The notes under the pieces: generated by a model
Databases searched by the model: none
What the model was told of the DNA's origin: nothing
Seen by the model: only the letters and a program-made list of their open reading frames with translations
Program-made: the position numbers and the translations under genes
From: Candidatus Iainarchaeum sp.
Lineage (GTDB): Archaea > Iainarchaeota > Iainarchaeia > Iainarchaeales > SKW153
Direction: 5' to 3'
NCBI GenBank assembly: GCA_026414365.1
Contig: JAOAJD010000001.1
Location: 167,687 to 231,686, forward strand
Length of the DNA: 64,000 nucleotides
In this document: in pieces, positions 9,706-19,684 of the stretch
How the letters are laid out: the number at the start of each line of letters is the position of its first letter
Position numbering within the stretch: the stretch's first letter is position 1

Positions 9706-10989
9706 ATGATGAAAGTTGAATCCAAAAAATTAAGAAGGATAGGGATAGAATACTACGCTAGCTCTACATCTGGAATCGATGGGGAGATAAAAAGAAGAAT
9801 ATCTGATTTTATAGTTGAAGAAGTCTCTGAAGAACATGTCTGTAGTATAAAGGCTTTCTCAGACAAAGAAAAAAAAGAGATTGAATTTAAAGATATTGAA
9901 AATTCTGATAATAAAAAATATTTGATTTTAGAATTAGAAAAATACAACATGGATTTGAATTATGCGATAAGGAAAATAGCAAGATGGTTGCAAAGCAGTA
10001 GATATATAATTGGCTTTGCTGGAGTAAAAGACAAAAGAGCAATAACATGTCAAAGAATATCTATTAAAGAACCGGATATTAAAAGGTTAAAGGAATTTAA
10101 GTCAAGATATATCTCTTTAAGGCCTATATGTTGGTCAGACAATCAAATAGAAATAGGAATGTTAGAAGGAAATATCTTCAAAGTTACAATAAGAAAAATA
10201 GAAATTAAAGAAGAGGAAATTGAAAGGAGAGTAAAAGAATGTTTTAAAGAAATTTCTAATGGTGTACCAAACTATTTTGGCAGTCAGAGATTTGGAGGTA
10301 TAAGAGGGTTAACCCATGTTGTTGGCAAAGAGCTACTAAAAGGGAATTTTAAAGAAGGTGTATTAAAATATCTTTGTGAAGAAAATGAAGAAGAGGATGA
10401 AGAAATTAAAAATGCAAGAAGAAATCTAAAAGAAACATTAGATTATTCAAAGGCATCTAAAGAATTCCCACTAAAATACAGGTATGAAAGAGCAATCATT
10501 CATCATCTATGTAAATATCCTAAAGACTATGTTAATGCTTTTGGGAAATTACCCAAAAGTTTAAGATATATGTTTACGCATGCTTATCAAGGATATCTAT
10601 TTAATAAAGCAATAAGTAGAAGGTTTGAATTAGGGATTGGGCTAAAGAGATTGGAAGATGATGTTTTAGATAAAGATGGAAATCCAACTGCTTCTTTGAT
10701 AGGTTACGAAACTGAGTTTGGTAATAGTACACAAAGCAAAATAGAACAACAAATTCTAGAAGAAGAAGGAATAACAAAAGATTTGTTTTATGTTAAAAAA
10801 ATGCCAGAAATAAGTAGTAAAGGTTCAAGAAGATCAATAATTGTAAAACCAGAAAGATTAGAGATTGTTGAAATAGGAAAAGATGAATTCAACGAAGGAA
10901 AAAACAAGATAACAATAAGTTTCTACTTGCCAAAGGGTAGCTATGCTACAGTTGTTATAAACGAGATTATTAAAAATGGTTTGTGCTAA
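9706..10989 (+). CDS. truD: tRNA pseudouridine(13) synthase TruD/Pus7
   Basis: TruD motifs: ISDFIVEEV, GFAGVKDKRAIT (catalytic Asp), NYFGSQRFG. Confidence 0.75.
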   Translation: MMKVESKKLRRIGIEYYASSTSGIDGEIKRRISDFIVEEVSEEHVCSIKAFSDKEKKEIEFKDIENSDNKKYLILELEKYNMDLNYAIRKIARWLQSSRYIIGFAGVKDKRAITCQRISIKEPDIKRLKEFKSRYISLRPICWSDNQIEIGMLEGNIFKVTIRKIEIKEEEIERRVKECFKEISNGVPNYFGSQRFGGIRGLTHVVGKELLKGNFKEGVLKYLCEENEEEDEEIKNARRNLKETLDYSKASKEFPLKYRYERAIIHHLCKYPKDYVNAFGKLPKSLRYMFTHAYQGYLFNKAISRRFELGIGLKRLEDDVLDKDGNPTASLIGYETEFGNSTQSKIEQQILEEEGITKDLFYVKKMPEISSKGSRRSIIVKPERLEIVEIGKDEFNEGKNKITISFYLPKGSYATVVINEIIKNGLC

Positions 10990-10998
10990 AAATTTTTC

Positions 10999-11940
10999 AT
11001 GAAATTTTTAATTTTTTACTTTAGTTGCTTCTTAATTTCGCTAATATTTGTCTATATTTATATAAACATCAACAGAAGAATGAAACTGTTTTACGGAATA
11101 GACATAAATAAAAAATCTTTGCCTAAGATTACAGAATCTGGTGGTATAGCAGTATTATTTTCAATATGGTTTCTTATAATTTTAAACAATTATTTAGGAT
11201 TTATAAAAATTGACTATAGTTTGCTTGGTTGGTTACTTTTAATTAGTTCTTTTTCAATTGTAGGGATAATAGATGATAGTAAAAACAAATTTTTATCTAA
11301 ACCAATCCCATGGAAAACAAGAGCTTTTTTTATAGCACTAATCTGCCTTTTATTTTCTTGGTTGTTCATAACAAAGGATTTGCTTTTAGTAATTTTGGCT
11401 TCTCTATTCATTGCTGCTATCGCATCTTTTCATAACACTTTTGCTGGCCTAAACGGCTGGGAAGTAGGAAGCTCTTTTATAATATCTATCTTCACATCTA
11501 TTTTATTAGTAAACACAAGTTACTTTTACATATCTTTAATAATATCATCATCAATACTTGCTTTGCTTATCTTTAACAAATATCCTGCAAGAATATTTCC
11601 TGGTGACTCGGGAACATTGCTTTTTGGATCTTCTTTGGGAACTTTAATATTATTAAATCAGAACCTAAAGATATTGGTCATTTTTGTATTATTCTATATT
11701 CCCCATATCATAGACTTCTTCTTTTTAAAACTGTTAACAAACCCAAAAGATGTTTCTCAAAGTAAAGTAAAACCTTATGAACTAAAATATAATAAACTAA
11801 CAATTCCTAAAAATTCAGGTTATGATTTTGCGAAACTAATAATAAAAATATTTGGCCCTTTAGAAGAATGGAAAATTGTATTAATAATTTGGATTATTGT
11901 TATAATTAACTGTTCATTTTGGCTTTTGGTTATTAAGTGA
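10999..11940 (+). CDS. polytopic membrane glycosyl-1-phosphate transferase (MraY/WecA/AglH-like, GT4 family)
   Basis: Multiple TM helices, IIDDSKN and FPGDSGTLLFG motifs resembling DDxxD and PGD motifs of the family. Confidence 0.4.
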   Translation: MKFLIFYFSCFLISLIFVYIYININRRMKLFYGIDINKKSLPKITESGGIAVLFSIWFLIILNNYLGFIKIDYSLLGWLLLISSFSIVGIIDDSKNKFLSKPIPWKTRAFFIALICLLFSWLFITKDLLLVILASLFIAAIASFHNTFAGLNGWEVGSSFIISIFTSILLVNTSYFYISLIISSSILALLIFNKYPARIFPGDSGTLLFGSSLGTLILLNQNLKILVIFVLFYIPHIIDFFFLKLLTNPKDVSQSKVKPYELKYNKLTIPKNSGYDFAKLIIKIFGPLEEWKIVLIIWIIVIINCSFWLLVIK

Positions 11941-12909
11941 TTTTAATATAGGATAAGATACAAATAAGCTTAATGCAGTAGGCAAAAACAACCTGACAAA
12001 ATCATAAACTACTATAAGCGCCACTATTTCTTTTATTTTAAAAGAACTACCTATAAGAGAAGGCATCGCTAAAATGTAATATCCAGAAATTTCTACTAAA
12101 CCAATACCTCTTGGCAACAAAGGATTTCTCTCTAAAACTGCAAATAAAGTTGCTAGCAACAAAACCTGTGATAAACCAATCTGTAGATTTAAAGATAAAA
12201 AACAAAAATATAATGCTAAAAACTCAAAAGTCCAAGAAAGAAGACAGAAAAAAAAGACAATCAAAATCAAGCCGATATTTGTTTGGTTGAGATATTCTGT
12301 GTATTCTTCAAAAAAGTTACCTAACTTTTTACTAAAACCTAGAAACCTTATTTGAGATAGAGAATTAAAAAGTTGTGCGATGGACAAACCTATTGCTCTA
12401 TTGAAAGGAAGCAAAAAAAGCAAACAAGCCAACAAAATAACAAACAAACCACTCAAATAATAAAATATCAAAGAAATGTCTGGCTTTGTAGTAGTTAAAT
12501 AATAAAAGAAGAGAAATATTGCAAACAAAGCAATTATAAAAAATTTTATTCCTTTAGCAACCATAGAAGCAGATATAGAAGTTTTGTAATCTATTTTATA
12601 CAATCTCTTAAGATTTATTGACCTTAAAGCCTCTGCACCTATTTGGACTGGTGTTAAGGAACCATAAAATGATGCAACTCCTATAGATAAAGAGTCAACC
12701 AATTTGACATTACATGTATTTTTTATTAGACAAGCCCATCCAAAAAGCCATACAATAACTGAAACAATAAAGAAAAATGATGCTACTATTAAGAAAAAAA
12801 TATTGGTAGTGTAAATAATATCTATTGCCTCACTTATATGGGTTATTATAAAAAGAACTGCTCCAAAAACCAACAGAAAAAGAAGCGTTTTTGTTATGTT
12901 TGATTCCAA
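11914..12909 (-). CDS. integral membrane protein (flippase-like/UPF0104-like)
   Basis: ~8 predicted TM segments, no soluble domain; overlaps 3' end of upstream gene by 27 nt. Confidence 0.3.
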   Translation of the reverse strand: MESNITKTLLFLLVFGAVLFIITHISEAIDIIYTTNIFFLIVASFFFIVSVIVWLFGWACLIKNTCNVKLVDSLSIGVASFYGSLTPVQIGAEALRSINLKRLYKIDYKTSISASMVAKGIKFFIIALFAIFLFFYYLTTTKPDISLIFYYLSGLFVILLACLLFLLPFNRAIGLSIAQLFNSLSQIRFLGFSKKLGNFFEEYTEYLNQTNIGLILIVFFFCLLSWTFEFLALYFCFLSLNLQIGLSQVLLLATLFAVLERNPLLPRGIGLVEISGYYILAMPSLIGSSFKIKEIVALIVVYDFVRLFLPTALSLFVSYPILKSLNNQKPK

Positions 12910-12913
12910 ATGC

Positions 12914-13600
12914 TCACCTTATTAAACCTTCTGCCTTTTTATTAGAAGCTTCAATTGCCAAATCTGCATTCTCATTAAATAGTTTCCTAAGCACTAAGTG
13001 GCTTAATTGAGAAATATCGTGCTCAGATTTTGGCTTTATTTCAATTAACCCTTCTTCTACTCTGATCTTAGATTGTTTATTATTAGGTTTTTCTATCAAA
13101 ATTTTTACATAAGAATTGTTATCTAAGTAAGCCAAACATTCGTTCTTATCTAACTCCTTTCCAGTCAAAACATCTCCTTCATTGGTATAACAATAATTAA
13201 CATCATTTCCTTCTGTAACCCTGCCTAAAATAATAGTTGATTTACCTAAATATGTTAAGACAACAGTAAACCTAACTATTGCATCAGACATTTGAGAATT
13301 TAAGTAAGAACTTTCTTTAGTAAACTCTGGAGATATTAAAAACAATTTTCTTTCTGCTATTTGCGCTAAAAGCAAAGAAGGTTTTTTTGTATTAGAATAA
13401 AAAAGAATTCCTTGAAAGAATTCTTCGTTTTGTTTTTCTTGCTTCAATAAATCACTAATTAAAGCAAAAGAAAAAGTGAATATTAAAATTAGTATGAAAA
13501 CTGCAAATAAAACACCATATTTTTGAAACAAATTTTCTTTTTTGTTATGCTGATGTTTTTTTTCTTGGTTATTATTTTTATCCTTCTCCATTTTTATCAC
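12914..13600 (-). CDS. hypothetical membrane-anchored protein
   Basis: K/E-rich N-terminus then single TM (VLFAVFILILIFTFSFALI), soluble C-domain. Confidence 0.3.
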   Translation of the reverse strand: MIKMEKDKNNNQEKKHQHNKKENLFQKYGVLFAVFILILIFTFSFALISDLLKQEKQNEEFFQGILFYSNTKKPSLLLAQIAERKLFLISPEFTKESSYLNSQMSDAIVRFTVVLTYLGKSTIILGRVTEGNDVNYCYTNEGDVLTGKELDKNECLAYLDNNSYVKILIEKPNNKQSKIRVEEGLIEIKPKSEHDISQLSHLVLRKLFNENADLAIEASNKKAEGLIR

Positions 13601-13894
13601 ACAATAAAAAATTCAATTTAATAAAAATTAAATTAAAAATACAATATTTTAGCTGATTCCCAGATTTAACTTTTTTGAAGCTTAAAATCCTTTGATAATA
13701 AAATATCTTAAAACTTAAATATTTTAAAGTTAAGCACCTGAGAACAAGGTAAAAATTAAGAAAACAAATATTTTTAAATTCCTGACAAGAACAAAAATTA
13801 AATCAGTAACATTAAATCGGTAACATTTTAGAAATAAAAAACAAACTCAGAAAACAAAAACAGAACAAAAAACAAAAAATTATAAAAACAAAAA

Positions 13895-13930
13895 AGAAAA
13901 AAGAGAAGGAAAGGCCTTTAGCCTAACCTT
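13895..13930 (-). terminator. putative terminator of the surface-protein gene (GC hairpin AGGC-CTTTA-GCCT followed by T-rich run on minus strand)
   Basis: Short GC-rich inverted repeat at ~13913-13925 immediately 3' of the stop at 13941, then oligo-T on the transcribed strand. Confidence 0.3.
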
Positions 13931-13940
13931 TTTATTTTAT

Positions 13941-16778
13941 TTATTGGCTAATTGCTTGGATGAACTCTCTTGCTGCAGATATTGTATCTTGAGCTGTATA
14001 ACCTGCTACAATGATATCTCCGCTTGAGAGCTTCTGTACAACTTTTTGACCTGCTGTATTCAAAGCTATCTCTTCTTCATATTGCTTGGCTATCTTGTTA
14101 ACTATTGGACCACCTACTATTACGAATGGCCCTGTAGTAGCATCATTATCTAATACTACTAAGTTGCCAACAGTAGCTGGTACAACAGCTTTAGCAACCG
14201 ATGGTGTACATGTAGCTTGACCTGTTCCTGCAGCAGTACAGCTTGCGGTTATACTGACATCATCTATCTTTACTACTACACCGTCTGTTGTTGTAAAGGT
14301 ATCTCCTTTCTTCAATGCTTTCTTACTCTCGCCGCCTTCTACAGTTACTGCCTGCTCACCGCCATAAACTGTTACTAAAATATCTGCTGCGCTATTTGGA
14401 ATCCTTAGCTTGGTATTATCTTCACTTTCTTCTAACCATACCTTGGTACCATTGTCTATATATGCTGCAGTATATGCATCATCATCCTCTTCGTCATTAC
14501 TTAGTTCTAACTTTGCAGTTCCTGCCACCATTAATTCTGCGAAAGAATTAACAGCATCAGTTCCATCGAAATTACTAAGAGTATAACTACTAACACCGAA
14601 TACTGCTGCATTATATCCTCTATTTTCTAACTTTTCATTTCCGATTGGCAATAGTCCTCCTGTGTTAGTATTAACTGTTACAACTGTTCCATAACCACTA
14701 TCTTTAACTAAGAAATATGCTGTGAAATATGCATCTGAATTTTTGAATGGATTATTACTAGTATTGCCCCAATTAGAAACTTTTGTACTCTTAGGCACAT
14801 ATGCTTTTATAAAGTCTCGAGTATTACCATTAGCAGGATTACAATCGTAACAATAGTATACAGTACCAGGACTACCAACAGTAACTGTACCAAACTCACC
14901 TTCCTCTTTAATATCGCTTGCTGCTTTTGTCAAACCTGTTCCATAGAAATATATTTGTTTACCGTTGTTTGTTACGAAAGGTGCTCCTGTATTTTCACTT
15001 AATACGAAAAAGATATCTTTCCCATCCTCTGACAATATCACATCATAGTTTACAGGACTTAGACCACCGAACTTAGTATCCACATCGTAATAATTTGCGT
15101 TATATAGAGAAGTAGGACTACTTAAACTTATTGTTTGAATAGGAGAACTACCACTATTACACTCAACAACAGTTGGATTACATATATATATCTTATTTGT
15201 ACTACCATCGTAAGTTACTTTTATATCTGCAGTAACTCCGCCTTCTTTGTAAATAGTCAAAGACTCATCTTCACCTGCGCTCACTGTGTAATAGAATGGT
15301 ATTTTATTAGTTCCATTTGCTGCAGTATATACTATTCCAGAACCGCTACCTAATTCAATTGGAGCATTCTCACCAATAATTACTGCATCCATTGTTCTAC
15401 CTGAATAATCAAAGCCTTTGAAATCAACTTTGAAATAGTTTCTACCTACAGGCAATTCTTCTCCAAATACTGCTGGCTTTCCTGTTTTGCCTTTCAAAGA
15501 TTGTCCTGGGAATGTTGGATACAATGGTGATGTTTTTCCTTTAGTATCATAAGTCCACGTTTTCTTATAGTTAGAAATTGTTATTCCCATTAAATCTTTT
15601 GCAGTACTACTATAATTTATTGTTGCTCTATAATAATCATCGCTTGTATTATTATCGTTGTCGTAAGGGAACTCTGCATTATTTCTTATTATTAAGGTAT
15701 CAGACCCTTTTCTTATTGAAACCCCTGGTAGACCAGTTGCTACTGTTTTATAAATAGAGCTGACAAACACATTATCTAAGATTAGATTCTCTCCGTCGTC
15801 TGAAACCAAACTGTCTTTAGCATTTTCGCCACTATATACTTCGTCTGACTCTGCAACCTCTTGACCATCTACAACTAATGCAAACACTACATGATAATCG
15901 TCTTCTTCGCCAGTAACTGCCACTCTCTTAACCTTCAAACTAACTGTTTTACCTTTATAAGGTCCATCACCAGCTATGCCTTGTATCAATTCACCTTCCT
16001 GATAACTCTTACTTGAAGTTTCTGGCTTAACTAAAGTTAACTCTAGTGGGTTTTCAGTAAATTTCTGGAGAGTATATAATTCACCAAATAGGTAAATCGG
16101 TATATTATCTTTTGATGTATCTTCGAAAGAATCATTATTAGTATTATCCCACCCTTTTGCATCATTCAAACTTATACCACTACCAAAAGAAATAGTATAA
16201 TTCAACTCTCCTTCGTCAATGTAAGCAACTAGATCTTGTAAATCTTCTTCACTTGCATCAAACTTGGCATCAACTGTTACGTTTAACGTCTCTTTTTCTA
16301 ATATGTCTGTTACATCTCCTTTTAATCTAACTTTAACTTGCTTATCTAATAAATAAGGCAATGCTGCTTTTGTTATATTTTGGTTATCTACTTCTACTGC
16401 TGAGGAACCTGTTGAGGAATCTAATGTAGTTCTAAAAACTTTAGTGTCTTCCAAACTGAAAGTACTTCTTCCTCCAACTGTCAAATCAACTGTAGCTGAT
16501 GGATTGGTTAATTGACATGTTGCTGAAGCTGCTGAGCCTGAACAAGTTACTGTTTGCTCAGAATATGCTAAAGACGCAATCTTTGCAGCAATGTTACCTG
16601 CCCAAACTGCATCTGTAATTTGAGCAGCTGAACCAACAACTACTTTAACTTTTGGTGTACCGTTGTCATTTATCACGTCAGATTTGCCTATAGCACTAAC
16701 AAAAGGTGCTAAAGCAGATCCGACTAATGCAGCACCTGCTGCAATAGCAGCAATTTTCTTTACTGACATTCCTTTCAT
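13941..16778 (-). CDS. large secreted cell-surface (S-layer-like) protein
   Basis: 945 aa, N-terminal signal peptide MKGMSVKKIAAIAAGAALVGSALAPFVSA, T/S/G/N/D-rich beta-rich composition, long AT-rich upstream and downstream regions. Confidence 0.55.
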   Translation of the reverse strand: MKGMSVKKIAAIAAGAALVGSALAPFVSAIGKSDVINDNGTPKVKVVVGSAAQITDAVWAGNIAAKIASLAYSEQTVTCSGSAASATCQLTNPSATVDLTVGGRSTFSLEDTKVFRTTLDSSTGSSAVEVDNQNITKAALPYLLDKQVKVRLKGDVTDILEKETLNVTVDAKFDASEEDLQDLVAYIDEGELNYTISFGSGISLNDAKGWDNTNNDSFEDTSKDNIPIYLFGELYTLQKFTENPLELTLVKPETSSKSYQEGELIQGIAGDGPYKGKTVSLKVKRVAVTGEEDDYHVVFALVVDGQEVAESDEVYSGENAKDSLVSDDGENLILDNVFVSSIYKTVATGLPGVSIRKGSDTLIIRNNAEFPYDNDNNTSDDYYRATINYSSTAKDLMGITISNYKKTWTYDTKGKTSPLYPTFPGQSLKGKTGKPAVFGEELPVGRNYFKVDFKGFDYSGRTMDAVIIGENAPIELGSGSGIVYTAANGTNKIPFYYTVSAGEDESLTIYKEGGVTADIKVTYDGSTNKIYICNPTVVECNSGSSPIQTISLSSPTSLYNANYYDVDTKFGGLSPVNYDVILSEDGKDIFFVLSENTGAPFVTNNGKQIYFYGTGLTKAASDIKEEGEFGTVTVGSPGTVYYCYDCNPANGNTRDFIKAYVPKSTKVSNWGNTSNNPFKNSDAYFTAYFLVKDSGYGTVVTVNTNTGGLLPIGNEKLENRGYNAAVFGVSSYTLSNFDGTDAVNSFAELMVAGTAKLELSNDEEDDDAYTAAYIDNGTKVWLEESEDNTKLRIPNSAADILVTVYGGEQAVTVEGGESKKALKKGDTFTTTDGVVVKIDDVSITASCTAAGTGQATCTPSVAKAVVPATVGNLVVLDNDATTGPFVIVGGPIVNKIAKQYEEEIALNTAGQKVVQKLSSGDIIVAGYTAQDTISAAREFIQAISQ

Positions 16779-16965
16779 GAATTCACCTCACATATTATCA
16801 ATAATAACACCTTTAGATAAGCATCGCTCTATAATCACCTATAGAGCAAGCCTACTATCTAAAGGCCATACTTTAATTATTAAACCCCCATTTTATTTAA
16901 ATATCTTTCTCTTTTAGGAAAAACAACCAAAAATACTACAATTGTTGTATTTTCCTAACAAAGTC

Positions 16966-16991
16966 ATATGCAGAAAAAAAATTCTGCATAT
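16966..16991. promoter_or_regulatory. perfect 10-bp inverted repeat ATATGCAGAA-aaaaaa-TTCTGCATAT
   Basis: Read directly; lies ~190 bp upstream of the S-layer gene start and ~190 bp downstream of the stop of the 17183-17833 gene. Confidence 0.3.
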
Positions 16992-17182
16992 AACGAATAT
17001 GAGTGGAAGTATATAATAATGTATATAAAGGGTTAAATTTAAAAAAATAGATTTAAAAAAGTTAAGAATAAGGTATAAACGGAATATTTTATTTGCACAT
17101 ACCCAACCAAAAGATAGATTAAGGAATAATAGAATTGGGAAAATATAAAGAAATTTATAAAGCACAAAGAAGAAAAAATCTA

Positions 17183-17833
17183 CTATTTCTTTTGTATAAC
17201 TTTTCTATAGAAGTCCTCTAACTCTGCCTTATTCATCAATTTTAACATAGTTGTATTATAAGCCTGAATCATGCCAAGCATTAAAAGTAACCCATCTTGT
17301 AACTCTGAAGCCTTAAGCTCTAATTTTTCTGGTTTTAATACTTCAACAGAAACTGGCCCATAAAAATACATTAACTTAACCATTGCACTAAAATCTTTTA
17401 CTGAAAGTTCTACCTCTAAAAAACAAGAATAATAATCATTATCTCTCTTTATTGGTTCACCAACAATAGAATCATAAACGTTATAATCTTTCTCTTTTCT
17501 TAATGCTTCTTCTATTCCTTTCATCTCTCTCAAAAGTAAATCTTTATCTAAAGACTGAGCTTCAATAATAATATTCAATCTAATCTTATAAGGATCTTTT
17601 TCTGCAATCTCATTTCTTTTTTCAATAGCTTCTTGAATACCCTTTGCAATAGAGTATTTCAATGGATGCCCAGAAGCTGTTATCAACTTCAAACTAAGCA
17701 TTTGCTTTAATTCTTCGATAAGCTCATCATAGCTTACTCCTAACTCTTTAACTAATTCTTCTGCTGTCTTTGGCTTGTGCATTATCGACAAAGCTATTTT
17801 CTTATGAATATCTTTTATCAATTTTCTCTGCAT
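17183..17833 (-). CDS. hypothetical protein with N-terminal winged-helix-like segment
   Basis: N-terminus KTAEELVKELGVSYDELIEELKQML resembles HTH; rest unassigned. Confidence 0.3.
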   Translation of the reverse strand: MQRKLIKDIHKKIALSIMHKPKTAEELVKELGVSYDELIEELKQMLSLKLITASGHPLKYSIAKGIQEAIEKRNEIAEKDPYKIRLNIIIEAQSLDKDLLLREMKGIEEALRKEKDYNVYDSIVGEPIKRDNDYYSCFLEVELSVKDFSAMVKLMYFYGPVSVEVLKPEKLELKASELQDGLLLMLGMIQAYNTTMLKLMNKAELEDFYRKVIQKK

Positions 17834-18275
17834 AAAAAGAGTAATATTTTATTCATTTATAAATAAATAGGATAGAATTTTAATATGTGAATCATTACTT
17901 AAGATAATTAATTTATATTTAATTTTGGGTTTTAATTCGATAGTTAGTACTCTGGCATTCTCTTTTGTGTTAAAACATAAGAGTCTAAAAATATAGATTC
18001 TAGATTTAAAAAATTAAAAGAGTTGATCATTAAATATTTTTTAACCCCAAAACAATACACAAATAAAAAATTGTTGAGAAGATGAAACAATTTATAATTG
18101 CTTAAAGTTTGGATAAATCAATCAAGAAATAGAAATAAAACAATAAAGACTTAATCTCAACAAATTAAATCTCTCAAAAGTACATCTTTAATTTTAGTAG
18201 ATGGAACAAAATTTAAAATTATAAAATGCTTGCAATGACAGTTAGTAATAAATTAAAAGAAAAGAATAAGTTTTT

Positions 18276-18572
18276 ATGGAAATTTTATTAATAGATTTAA
18301 ACGCAACATCACAAAATATTGTAAACAGCTTAACTAATAACATAAACTTGTTGATAATAGGAATTTTGTTAATTATAATAGCAATAATCTTAATTGCATA
18401 CTTAAAAGAAATTGTTATAAATTCTATATTGGGCTTAATCTGTTGGTTGATATTATATTTTGTATTCAAAATAGAACTTCAATTAATACCAACATTAGTA
18501 ATATCAATTATATTTGGCTTAGCAGGCATTGGAACAATTCTGATATTAAAATTCTTTGGTATTCCTGTCTGA
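18276..18572 (+). CDS. small hydrophobic membrane protein (3 TM)
   Basis: 98 aa, three hydrophobic spans; low confidence that it is a real gene. Confidence 0.25.
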   Translation: MEILLIDLNATSQNIVNSLTNNINLLIIGILLIIIAIILIAYLKEIVINSILGLICWLILYFVFKIELQLIPTLVISIIFGLAGIGTILILKFFGIPV

Positions 18573-18599
18573 ATAAAGTAAAAATCCAAAATTATACCA

Positions 18600-19607
18600 T
18601 TATAGAATTATATCTGCCTTAGTTCTGCATTTTCTGCAAAACGAACCGTCTAATCCTAAAATCTCAGTATTATAGTAAAATCTCTTAATCAATAAATTCC
18701 CACAATTTTTACAATACGTGTTTTCTTCTGTTCCTAAATTGCCAAGATAAACATAATGCAAACCAAACTTTTCAGATATCTTTTTTGCTCTAACCAAAGT
18801 TTCTTTAGGCGTCGATGAGAAATCATTTAACTTATAACATGGATAAAATCTTGAGAAGTGCAAAGGAATGTCTTTGTCTAAAGAAGCAATGAAACTACAA
18901 ACTTCACTTATATCTTTATCATTATCATTCAAAGTTGGTATTATTAAATTTGTGACCTCTACATGAATATTGTTTTTATGACATAACTCAATATTATCTA
19001 AAACAAACTGTCTTTTTACATTACCACAAATTTTTTCGTAAAAACTATCATTACCTTTTAGATCTATATTTACTGCATCTAGATATGGCTTAATTAAATC
19101 AAATAAATCTTTAGAGAAATACCCATTTGAAACCCACACATTATACAAACCTTTCTTCTTAGCAATCTTCATAATATCTAACGCATATTCAAAAAATACA
19201 GTTGGCTCATTATAAGTATAAGATATTATCTCCAAAGAATTTTCGATAGTAAAATCAACTACTTCTCTGGGATCTGTATAAGGAACACTTAGAATATCTT
19301 TTTCAACAAACTCTTGGCTTATATTGAAGTTTTGACAAAACAAACACTTAAAATTACAACCGTAAGTTGAAATACTAGAACATTCTGATGATGGTTTAAA
19401 ATGAAAGAGAGGTTTTTTTTCAATTGGATCTATGGCATTACTCAAAGTTCTCCCATAAACCAAACAAAAGAGCTTTCCATCTATGTTTTTTCTAACACCG
19501 CAATTCCCTGTTTTGTTATCTTCAATAACACAAAATCTATTGCACGCTCTACATTGTACTTTTTTATCATTCAATTTTTTCCAAAGCAAAGCTTCTTTAA
19601 ATTTCAA
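18600..19607 (-). CDS. radical SAM enzyme (PflA-like activase / AmmeMemoRadiSam-type)
   Basis: CNFKCLFCQN (CxxxCxxC) plus extra N-terminal CRACNRFC...CG cluster and C-terminal CKNCG/CRKCR pairs. Confidence 0.6.
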   Translation of the reverse strand: MKFKEALLWKKLNDKKVQCRACNRFCVIEDNKTGNCGVRKNIDGKLFCLVYGRTLSNAIDPIEKKPLFHFKPSSECSSISTYGCNFKCLFCQNFNISQEFVEKDILSVPYTDPREVVDFTIENSLEIISYTYNEPTVFFEYALDIMKIAKKKGLYNVWVSNGYFSKDLFDLIKPYLDAVNIDLKGNDSFYEKICGNVKRQFVLDNIELCHKNNIHVEVTNLIIPTLNDNDKDISEVCSFIASLDKDIPLHFSRFYPCYKLNDFSSTPKETLVRAKKISEKFGLHYVYLGNLGTEENTYCKNCGNLLIKRFYYNTEILGLDGSFCRKCRTKADIIL

Positions 19608-19684
19608 ATAACCACCTTTAAAAAAAGAAAAAATAAAAACACTGTCTCCTGAATATTAGAATGGTTATTTTAAAATAAAAGAGT

